Below are positions 14,828 through 22,486 of a stretch of 26,549 bases of DNA, piece by piece; within the stretch, counting starts at the first letter, position 1, and each line of letters starts with the position of its first letter. The notes beneath the pieces were generated by a model, which saw only the letters and a list, made by a program, of their open reading frames with translations, was not told the DNA's origin and ran no database searches. The position numbers were made by a program, and so were the translations under genes. Source of the DNA: an uncultured Thermoplasmata archaeon (GTDB lineage: Archaea; Thermoplasmatota; Thermoplasmata; RBG-16-68-12); contig CAVYJM010000004.1 of the NCBI GenBank assembly GCA_963768855.1, positions 1 to 26,549 on the forward strand, read 5' to 3'.

Positions 14828-16445
14828 GGCGGGCCCGCCACTCTTCCATCGGGACGGCGAACTTCTTCTCGATCTCCTCGCGGAAGTTCGGGCCCGTGTT
14901 GTACGCGCAGAACGGGATGACCTTTCCATCCGGCGTGGCGTAGTGGATCACGCACCGCTTGACGCGCTCGATGTCGTAGTTGTAGTTGTCCTGGAAGTGC
15001 ATGCCGCCAATGTACATCGTGGACCAGGAGAACTCCGCGGCGCCCTTCTTGTCGCCCTTCGTGAACATGTTGTCCAGGATCTTGAGCATCTTGGTCAGGC
15101 CCATGCCCTCGGGGGCTTCCTCGGGCTTGAAGTGCCGCTTCAGGAGCTGGAGCGCCTTCAGCTTCGAGGTGAACTTGATCTTCTTGCCCTTCGTGTCCTG
15201 GGCCAGGAGCCACATGTCCTCCATGAGCCCCTCGACGTCGATGAACCGGGTGATGGGCACGGGGTCCCTTCCGTTCTCGAGGAACAGGTAGGACGCGAGC
15301 CCGCACGCCGGGTGGGACGTGAAGGACGGCTTGGCCGTGTCCGTGAGGACGCTGACCAGCTCGGAGATCGGGGCGACGAAGGGCACCGGGTACCAGTCAT
15401 CGCGCGTGAGGTAGCCCGTCTGCTCCTCGAGGTCGTACGCGAGGTCGGACAAGGTGTACCGGAGCTTCCGGCGGTCCTCCTCCGGGATGCGGCCCGTGAG
15501 GGAGACAGGCTGGTAGTTCACGCCCTTCACGACGTCGCGGTTCTGGATCGCGAAGTTCAGGATTTCGCCCGCCTGGTCGTCGTTGAAGGAGTTGACCATC
15601 GTCGGCACGAGGCAGATCGTCGGCGTGACCTTGCCCGCCTTCCCGCGCTCGCGGATCCTCTCGATCGCGCGGAGCTTGATGTCCATCAGCGGGCGGCCGC
15701 GGGCCTTGATGTAGTTCTCCTCGCGGAGACCGTCGAACTGCAGGTAGATCGTGTTCATCCCGGCCTCGGAGATCTTGTCGAGGAAGCCCTCCTCGGTCGC
15801 GATCCGGATGCCGTTCGTGGCCACCTGGATCTGCGGGAAGCCCATGTCATGGGCCGCCTGCACGATCTCCGGGAACTGCGGGTGGATCGTCGGCTCGCCG
15901 CCGGCGAACTGGATCGCGGGGACGGGGATCGGGCGCTGGGCGCGCAGGACCGCGAATTCGTAGACGAGTTGGTCGAAGGTCGGCTCGAACACGTAGCCCG
16001 CGGCGTTCGCGTTCGCGAAGCAAATCGGGCACTTGAGGTTGCAGCGGTTCGTCGTGTCGATGTTGCAGAGGGACGTGGCCGAGTAGTGGAGGTTGCACAG
16101 GCCGCACTCGTAGGGGCAGACCTTGGCGTCCACGATCTGCGGGTTCTGGAGCCCGACGCCGTCGAAGGCCCAGTTCTCTGCTTTGAGGTACATCTCCGCG
16201 TCAGACCAGCATACCTCGTCGAACTCGCCGTGCTCCTTGCAGGTCTTCTTCATCTTGAGAGCACCGTCGCCGATGTAGAGCGTGGCGGGGATGACCTTCA
16301 GGCATTCCGGACACAGGGAACCCGTGCGCCGGGGCAAGCCCTTCTGGAGCTTGGACGGCATGACGACCATTGCGTTGTCTTGCCGCGACTCCTGGTACAT
16401 GTTACGGACTGCGCCGATCGCATAGTCAGTGCCGCAAAGAGACAT
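14820..16445 (-). CDS. tes: tetraether lipid synthase Tes / GDGT-MAS (radical SAM, MJ0619 family)
   Basis: N-terminal CPEC…CKEH metal site, CPYECGLCNLH auxiliary cluster, RCNLKCPIC (CxxxCxxC), GGEPT, C-terminal HPAC…RCVIHY…PFCAYN. SD gaggtg 8 nt before the ATG. Confidence 0.92.
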   Translation of the reverse strand: MSLCGTDYAIGAVRNMYQESRQDNAMVVMPSKLQKGLPRRTGSLCPECLKVIPATLYIGDGALKMKKTCKEHGEFDEVCWSDAEMYLKAENWAFDGVGLQNPQIVDAKVCPYECGLCNLHYSATSLCNIDTTNRCNLKCPICFANANAAGYVFEPTFDQLVYEFAVLRAQRPIPVPAIQFAGGEPTIHPQFPEIVQAAHDMGFPQIQVATNGIRIATEEGFLDKISEAGMNTIYLQFDGLREENYIKARGRPLMDIKLRAIERIRERGKAGKVTPTICLVPTMVNSFNDDQAGEILNFAIQNRDVVKGVNYQPVSLTGRIPEEDRRKLRYTLSDLAYDLEEQTGYLTRDDWYPVPFVAPISELVSVLTDTAKPSFTSHPACGLASYLFLENGRDPVPITRFIDVEGLMEDMWLLAQDTKGKKIKFTSKLKALQLLKRHFKPEEAPEGMGLTKMLKILDNMFTKGDKKGAAEFSWSTMYIGGMHFQDNYNYDIERVKRCVIHYATPDGKVIPFCAYNTGPNFREEIEKKFAVPMEEWRARHA

Positions 16446-16487
16446 GTGTTTGGCACCTCTTGTCCCCGGATGTAGAACCGGGACTAC

Positions 16488-16522
16488 TTTAAATCCTTTG
16501 TAGTGTGCGCTACTACAAAGGA
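16488..16522 (-). promoter_or_regulatory. tes promoter: TATA (TTTAAA 16488-16493) abutted by an 11-bp perfect inverted repeat
   Basis: TCCTTTGTAGT-gtgcgct-ACTACAAAGGA at 16494-16522. Confidence 0.75.
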
Positions 16523-16619
16523 ACAGTCCCGTGCGCCCGCGGGAGGGATTGGGTTTAGGGTGTCCGAAATTGCCGCGGTTCCCCGACTCGCTCCGTGGCG
16601 TGAAACGCCGGTTCCCGCT

Positions 16620-17540
16620 TTAAGGCCTCCCTCGCGCCTCGCGTCGCTCCAGGGTCGCGACGAGCCCGCGCAGGTTCTCATAGGTGCCTGCGGGCAACCG
16701 CTCCAGGAACGCGGACGCATGCGCCCGGCGTTCGGCGGTCACATCGACGACCTTCCAGCCGTGGTCCCGCAACAAGGCGTCCCGATCCGCGGGGAACCGC
16801 ACATCCGGCGCGAGGATCTCGGCCAGGGAGTCCAGTCCGACGGAGCCCGTCGCGGGCGGGAACGACCCGGTCCGCCGGAACGTGAGGAACCGCGCCGCGT
16901 CCTTGTACATGCGGACCCCGTGGAACGCGTACGCGACCGTCTTCGCGTCCCCGCGGGCGCGGTCGATCCCACGAAGCTCGTCGTCGTCGAGCTCGTACAG
17001 GTTGTGGGCGCCCTTGCCGAAGACCCGCGTGTACACCGTTTCGTCCTCGATCCGGGGCGCGGCCCGCGAGAGGTCGACGACGTCCAGCACCCCAAGATCC
17101 TCGAAAGCGCGGCGGACGGCCGGAGGGAGGGGGCCCTGCGCGTGGCCGCGTGCCTCGAGCCCCACGCGCGTACCGTCTGGCACCATCGCGGCGAATTCCC
17201 GCAGGCCATCGAGCTCCGGCTCCCCGAGCCGCAGGGAGCCTGGAGTCTCGAGGATGAGGAAGGGGGCCCGCAAGATCCGAGCAACGCGGGAGTCGCGCGC
17301 CATGGAGGCCCTCGCGCCTGCGGTGGGGCGGAGGTGCGCTTGGTGCGTCACCTCGCGGTGGACCTTGACCGCGAAGGTGAAGTCGTCCGGCACGGAAGCG
17401 CGCCAGCGCCGCGCCGTCGCGTCCGAGACGTGACGATAGAACGTGGCGTTGACCTCGGCGAAGCGGAACGCCCGGGCATAGGAATGCAGCCCTCCGGCGA
17501 AGTATCCCCATCCCCCCGCACCGATCCACGTCCGCGGCAC
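16620..17540 (-). CDS. DUF72 family protein (divergent type) with C-terminal DUF2795-like domain
   Basis: GAGGWGY…AEVNATFYR…FTFAVKV…VTH. The tail VRFPADRDALL…LERLPAGTYE resembles DUF2795 (from recall). GTG start about 25 nt from TATA 'cttaaa'. Confidence 0.85.
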   Translation of the reverse strand: MPRTWIGAGGWGYFAGGLHSYARAFRFAEVNATFYRHVSDATARRWRASVPDDFTFAVKVHREVTHQAHLRPTAGARASMARDSRVARILRAPFLILETPGSLRLGEPELDGLREFAAMVPDGTRVGLEARGHAQGPLPPAVRRAFEDLGVLDVVDLSRAAPRIEDETVYTRVFGKGAHNLYELDDDELRGIDRARGDAKTVAYAFHGVRMYKDAARFLTFRRTGSFPPATGSVGLDSLAEILAPDVRFPADRDALLRDHGWKVVDVTAERRAHASAFLERLPAGTYENLRGLVATLERREARGRP

Positions 17541-17614
17541 GCCGCCTCGGATGCCCTCCCAGGTTTAAGCTCGGGCGGGAGGGACCTGCGAAAGTGCATT
17601 GCGGGATACGCTCA

Positions 17615-17634
17615 TGTATCGCGCGCGCGATACA
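17615..17634. promoter_or_regulatory. perfect 20-bp palindrome upstream of the DUF72-SWIM gene
   Basis: TGTATCGCGCGCGCGATACA equals its own reverse complement. An extra GATAC half-site lies at 17605-17609. Confidence 0.6.
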
Positions 17635-17643
17635 GTCGGTCCC

Positions 17644-18843
17644 ATGGCCCGACTGCGCTTCGGATGCAGCGGATGGGACTACCAGGAGTGGATCGGTCCC
17701 TTCTACCGCAACGCGAGCGAGTCCAAGCTCGCGGCGTATGCGCGGGTGTTCGACACGGCGGAGATCAACTCGACCTTCTACCGGGCCCCGTCCCCCGGCA
17801 TGGTCATCGGCTGGGGCAAGTACACGCCCGACGAATTCATGTTCGCCGCAAAGGTGCCGCAGACCGTCACCCATGACCGTTTGCTTGACGTCGCCCGCGG
17901 CGCCGACATGGACCTGAAGGCGTACTGCGAGCTCATGCGGCCCCTCCTGGACCAGGGGAAGCTCGGGCCGCTCCTCCTCCAGCTCCCGCCGCGCTTGCGG
18001 TTCGAGGAGCCCCCCATCCGGCGCTTCCTCGACTCCCTGCCGCGCGGTTTCACGTTCGCGCTCGAGCCGAGGAACCGGAGCTGGATGACGCTCGAGGCGT
18101 TCGACCTCCTGCGGGACACGGGCGTCTCGTACACGATCGTGGACGAGCCGCTCCTGCCGCCCGATCTCCACGTGACCGCCCCGGTCGCCTACATCCGGTG
18201 GCACGGGCACGGCCAGGAGCCCTGGTACAACTATCACTACCCGGAGGACCAGCTCAGGGAGTGGGTGCCGCGCGTCGAGCAGGTCGCATCCCAGGCCGAG
18301 ACGGTGTTCGGGTTCTTCAACAACCACTACCACGGGTACGCGCCGGAGAACAGCCTCCAGATCCTGCGGATGCTCGGCGTGGAGGACGAGGCGAAGGCGC
18401 GCGCCCTGGGGCGGATCGAGAATTTCCGCAAGCGCACCTCGGCGGAGGCGGTCAAGATGAGGCGGACGACCCTCGAGGACTTCGGCGCCGACCCGCATGC
18501 GGAGGCCCACTTCCAGGAACTGCTCGCGACCTTCGTCGACCCGGGCCGCCTGGAGCGGGCCAAGGCGATCGATCCCGCGGACGTCGAGATTACGCGAGAC
18601 GGGGCGACCGTCCTCGCCCGGGTGAAGGACTACCGGGTCGAGCTCGACCGCACCGCGAGGCGCCTCGCCCACGACTGCGAGGACTGGGAGAAGACTGGGC
18701 CGGCCCGCGACTTCTGCAAGCACGTCGCGAAGTTCTTCCTGAGCCTCCCGCGTGAGGAGGCGGTCCTCGACCTCGAGGCGATTCGGGCGGACCGCGAGGG
18801 CTGGACCTTCGAGGTCCTCAGTAGAGCAGCGACCCACCGTTGA
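17644..18843 (+). CDS. DUF72 family protein fused to a C-terminal SWIM-like zinc finger
   Basis: GCSGWDYQEW…AEINSTFYR…LLQLPP…EPRNRSW…YIRWHG…FGFFNNH, then HDCEDW…FCKHVAKFF (SWIM CxC…CxH with the first Cys replaced by His). Alternative starts at 17599 and 17614. Confidence 0.88.
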   Translation: MARLRFGCSGWDYQEWIGPFYRNASESKLAAYARVFDTAEINSTFYRAPSPGMVIGWGKYTPDEFMFAAKVPQTVTHDRLLDVARGADMDLKAYCELMRPLLDQGKLGPLLLQLPPRLRFEEPPIRRFLDSLPRGFTFALEPRNRSWMTLEAFDLLRDTGVSYTIVDEPLLPPDLHVTAPVAYIRWHGHGQEPWYNYHYPEDQLREWVPRVEQVASQAETVFGFFNNHYHGYAPENSLQILRMLGVEDEAKARALGRIENFRKRTSAEAVKMRRTTLEDFGADPHAEAHFQELLATFVDPGRLERAKAIDPADVEITRDGATVLARVKDYRVELDRTARRLAHDCEDWEKTGPARDFCKHVAKFFLSLPREEAVLDLEAIRADREGWTFEVLSRAATHR

Positions 18844-19558
18844 CGTGGAGCACCTGGCCGGTGATGTACGCCGCATCGGGCGAGGCCAGGAACGCGACCG
18901 CCGCGGCGATCTCCTCCGGCCGGCCGACCCGCCCCAGGGGGATTGTCCGCACGCGGCGCGCACGTTCCTCGGGGCTGTCTCCCGCCAGGATGTCCGTGTC
19001 GATGCTGCCCGGGGCCACCGCGTTCACGAGGATGTGATCCTTCGCGAGCTCGAGGGCGAGGGCCTTCGTGAGCCCGACGATCCCGGCCTTCGCCGCGACG
19101 TAGTCCGCGCCGTGCGTCGTCCCCCGGTACGCGAGCTGACTCGTGACGCTGATGATCCGGCCGCCGCCCGCCTTCCTCATCTCGGGCACGGCGGCCTTCG
19201 CGGCGTAGAAGCAGGAGGAAAGGTTCGTCGCGAGCCGGCGGTCCCATGCTTCCGGCGTCGTGTCGTCGAAGAACGCCCGCTCGTACACGCCTGCGTTGTT
19301 CACGAGGACGTCAAGGCGGCCGAGTCCCGCGACCGTCTCCATGACCATGCGCCGGACGTCGGTGACCTGGCACACGTCGGCCTGGACCGCCATCCCCCGG
19401 CGACCCGCATCGTCGATCGCCTTCACCGTTCGGAGAGCGCCCTCCTTGCGCGAGGCGTAGTTCACGGCCACGTCGAAGCCATCCCGGGCGAGCCGGACCG
19501 CGGTAGCGGCCCCGATGCCGCGGGAGGCGCCTGTGACGAGAGCGACACGCGTTTCCAT
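18818..19558 (-). CDS. short-chain dehydrogenase/reductase (FabG-like SDR)
   Basis: TGASRGIG, VNNAG, YVAAK (YxxxK), VNAVAPG, YITGQVLHVNGG. Its 3' end overlaps the DUF72-SWIM 3' end by 26 nt. Confidence 0.93.
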   Translation of the reverse strand: METRVALVTGASRGIGAATAVRLARDGFDVAVNYASRKEGALRTVKAIDDAGRRGMAVQADVCQVTDVRRMVMETVAGLGRLDVLVNNAGVYERAFFDDTTPEAWDRRLATNLSSCFYAAKAAVPEMRKAGGGRIISVTSQLAYRGTTHGADYVAAKAGIVGLTKALALELAKDHILVNAVAPGSIDTDILAGDSPEERARRVRTIPLGRVGRPEEIAAAVAFLASPDAAYITGQVLHVNGGSLLY

Positions 19559-19624
19559 GGTAGCGCTCGTCTCGAACCCCCCGGGGGAGAAATAGTTAAC
19601 GCGTCCAGTCGATTCGCGTCCGTC

Positions 19625-20656
19625 ATGGGCGTGAACCTCACGCCGGTGGTCGTTCGACACGAGACGAGCCTCGAGGCGCTCCGGGGCCGCACCGTGGCCG
19701 TCGACGGGAACCTCGAGCTTTACCAGTTCCTCTCGATCATGCGGACGCGGGACGGGCGTCCGCTCATGGACTCCCACGGCCGCGTCACGTCCCACCTGAA
19801 CGGCCTCATGTTCCGCACGACCCGCTTCCTCGCGGATTACGCAATCCATCCCGTGTTCGTCTTCGACGGGCCCCCGCCGGATCTGAAGCGGACGGAGATT
19901 GAGAAGCGGCGAGCGGCTCGGGCGAGGGCGCAGCAGGAATACGAAGCCGCCGTGGCGTCGGGCGACGCGACCAGGGCGTGGTCGAAGGCCGTCAGCTCGA
20001 CCCGGCTCACGCGGGCGATGATCGAGGATGCGAAGACCCTGCTCTCGTTCCTGGGGATCCCGTGCATCCAAGCGCCGAGCGAAGGCGAAGCGCAGGCCGC
20101 CTACCTCGCCCAGCGCGGCGACGTGTGGGCCGCGAGCTCCAAGGATTACGACGCAATGCTCTTTGGCACCCCGCGACTCATCCGGTTCCTGGCCGTGTCC
20201 TCCACGGAATTCCTGCCGACCCGCGGGCGTTCGCGTGCGGTGCCCCCGGAGATTCTCGACCTGGAGGAGAACCTCCGAACCCTCGGAGTCACCCGCGAGC
20301 AACTCGTCGACGTCGCGATCCTTGTCGGAACGGATTTCAACGGCGGCGTGAAAGGAGTCGGCCCGAAGACCGCCGTGAAGCGGATTCGCGAATGGGGTTC
20401 CTTGGACCGTGCGCCGGCGGAGGTCCGCGAGCAGATCCCGGAGGACGTCGACGCGATTCGCGCGTTCTTCCTACATCCTCCGGTCGAGTCCCATGTGGAC
20501 CTTCGCGGGCGGCCGCCGCAGCCGGAGGCGGTCCGCCGCTTCCTTTGTGATGAACGCGAGTTCTCCCGAGAGCGGATTGACGCCGCCCTGGGTCGGTTGC
20601 GGCGATCGGTGAATCTTAGGACAAAGCTCGAAGACTTCGACCGTGGAGGCCTCTAG
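19625..20656 (+). CDS. fen: flap endonuclease 1
   Basis: MGVNL…VDGN..LYQFL, FVFDG, APSEGEAQAA, SKDYDAMLFG, H3TH GTDFNGGVKGVGPKTA, PIP-like C-terminus RTKLEDF. Confidence 0.95.
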   Translation: MGVNLTPVVVRHETSLEALRGRTVAVDGNLELYQFLSIMRTRDGRPLMDSHGRVTSHLNGLMFRTTRFLADYAIHPVFVFDGPPPDLKRTEIEKRRAARARAQQEYEAAVASGDATRAWSKAVSSTRLTRAMIEDAKTLLSFLGIPCIQAPSEGEAQAAYLAQRGDVWAASSKDYDAMLFGTPRLIRFLAVSSTEFLPTRGRSRAVPPEILDLEENLRTLGVTREQLVDVAILVGTDFNGGVKGVGPKTAVKRIREWGSLDRAPAEVREQIPEDVDAIRAFFLHPPVESHVDLRGRPPQPEAVRRFLCDEREFSRERIDAALGRLRRSVNLRTKLEDFDRGGL

Positions 20657-20752
20657 GAATAAAAGTCGATGTGTAACGGTTAACTACGGTTCGTTCAATA
20701 TCCCCCCCGTCCGGCCCGTCGATGGGTGGGGCTGGTCGCTGGAGGAGCAAGA

Positions 20753-22432
20753 ATGCAAAAGCGGACACTCTATGTGTTAATAGCCGTAATTGTGGCGGTC
20801 GTCATCGTGGGTGCTGCGGCTGCGATCATCTTTACCGCACCGCCGAAGAAGCTCACGATCGACCTCTGGTACAACAGCGACGGGCATTACGGAGACACCG
20901 AGCCGGCCGTCGCCCAGGTGATCAAGTCCTCTCTGGAGGCGACGGGGAAGCTCACCGTCAACCTGAAGTCCGAGCCGTGGGCCACCTACACCGACGACTT
21001 CGGGAACGGGCGCCTTCCGTTCTTCCTCCTGGGCTGGTATCCGGACTACTTCGACTCCGACGATTACGTCTCGCCCTTCTTGTCGACCTCCGGAGGACAG
21101 TCGCTCGGATCGAACTACAGCTCGGCCCAGATGGATACCTGGCTCGGCCAGGAGGCCGCGACCGCGAGCGAGACGACCCGGACGAGCCTCTTCGGGAGCA
21201 TTCAGGACCAGCTCGCGAGCGACGTGCCCTACATCCCGCTGTGGCAGGGAAACGCCCACGTGGTCTACAAGACGAGCGTGAGCGGCGTGTACCTGCATCC
21301 CGTGACGTTCAAGTGGTTCGTTGTGAACAAGACGAGCTCGACCTCGCTGACCGTCGGGACCACGGACCGGGTGGTGTCCTTCGATCCCGCGAAGGAGTAC
21401 GACTACTTCTCGGGAGAGATCGTGAACCAGGTCTTCGACACGTTGCTGGTCTACGACACGCAGACGACGACGCTCATGCCCGGATTGGCGACGAGGGTCC
21501 CCACGATCGCGAACGGCGACATCTCGGCGGATGGACTGAACTACACCTTCCACCTCCGGACCGGGGTCACCTTCCAAGACGGCAGTGCGTTCAACGCGAC
21601 CGTGATGAAGTGGTCCATCGAGCGCGCGATCCACCTCGACCTGTCCGGGAGCCCTGCGTTCCTCCTGTACGATGTCGGGAACCTGTCCAAGAACCCGGAC
21701 TCGCGGATCACGACCCCGGATGACAACACGATCGTGTTCCACCTGCAGCACCCGGTCGGGTTCTTCAACAGCCTGATGGCCTTCACGATCTCGGCCCCGG
21801 TCTCCATGTTGGCCTACAACAACACGGGCCAGCAGTCGGACCAGCTGGGCAAGGTCGTCGGCACGGGACCCTACGAGCTCACGGGATACACTCCGAACAA
21901 CCAGATCATCCTGACCAAGTTCGCGAACTACTACAACCCCGGCCTGTACGCGAGCAAGGGCATCCCGACGATTCCCGTTCTGAACACCGTGACGATCACG
22001 CTGTACAGCTCGGCGACGAACCTGAAGAACGACATCTCGACTGGCGCGATCGACGTCGCCTATCGGACGTTGAATCCCACAGACCTGACGAGTCTGCAGA
22101 GTCAGGCGTCCACCCTGGGGATCAAGGTGGACATCGGCTCGAGCCCGCAGATCCGGTACCTGGTGATCAACGTCAAGACGCCGCCGTTCAACGACGTGCG
22201 GCTGCGGCAGGCCATCGCCTATGCGGTCAACCGCACGGCAATTGCCAACACGGTCTTCAGCAGCCTCGTGACGCCGATCTACAGCATGGTCCCGCCGAGC
22301 ATGCCCTACTCCAAGCCGGTGTTCCAGACCACGTACGGCTCGACACCGAACCTGAGCCAGGCCAACAGCCTGCTGGGTCAAATGGGCTATACCCTGTTCC
22401 GGACGAACGAGATGGCACGAATCCGGTCCTGA
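20753..22432 (+). CDS. peptide/nickel ABC transporter substrate-binding protein (family 5), apparently circularly permuted
   Basis: N-terminal TM anchor; family-5 motifs VSFDP…VFDTL, YTFHLRTGVTFQDG, VGTGPYEL, PFNDVRLRQAIAYA, LGWYPDY. SD GGAGG precedes ATG 20753. Confidence 0.92.
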   Translation: MQKRTLYVLIAVIVAVVIVGAAAAIIFTAPPKKLTIDLWYNSDGHYGDTEPAVAQVIKSSLEATGKLTVNLKSEPWATYTDDFGNGRLPFFLLGWYPDYFDSDDYVSPFLSTSGGQSLGSNYSSAQMDTWLGQEAATASETTRTSLFGSIQDQLASDVPYIPLWQGNAHVVYKTSVSGVYLHPVTFKWFVVNKTSSTSLTVGTTDRVVSFDPAKEYDYFSGEIVNQVFDTLLVYDTQTTTLMPGLATRVPTIANGDISADGLNYTFHLRTGVTFQDGSAFNATVMKWSIERAIHLDLSGSPAFLLYDVGNLSKNPDSRITTPDDNTIVFHLQHPVGFFNSLMAFTISAPVSMLAYNNTGQQSDQLGKVVGTGPYELTGYTPNNQIILTKFANYYNPGLYASKGIPTIPVLNTVTITLYSSATNLKNDISTGAIDVAYRTLNPTDLTSLQSQASTLGIKVDIGSSPQIRYLVINVKTPPFNDVRLRQAIAYAVNRTAIANTVFSSLVTPIYSMVPPSMPYSKPVFQTTYGSTPNLSQANSLLGQMGYTLFRTNEMARIRS

Positions 22433-22460
22433 GCGGACCGGACCCTTTCCTTTTTTGTTT
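22422..22460 (+). terminator. intra-operon hairpin plus U-tract after the SBP gene
   Basis: tccggtcc-tgagc-ggaccgga followed by ccctttccttttttgttt. Confidence 0.7.
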
Positions 22461-22486
22461 CCCACCCCCTTTCCCCCCGAGGGCCA

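Noticed and set aside
14820-16445. Older annotation '7,8-dihydro-6-hydroxymethylpterin dimethyltransferase'
   Set aside because: The MJ0619 family has been reassigned as Tes/GDGT-MAS, and the GGR/ferredoxin neighbourhood supports the lipid role.
14652-16475. 607-aa plus-strand ORF, plus other long antisense or off-frame ORFs (e.g. 13268-14920, 16678-18963, 18752-19624 extension, 20777-22681, 23555-25300, 3517-4755)
   Set aside because: Shadow ORFs caused by high GC and codon bias opposite or within well-supported genes. They are Arg/Gly/Pro-rich or mirror-like and have no motifs.
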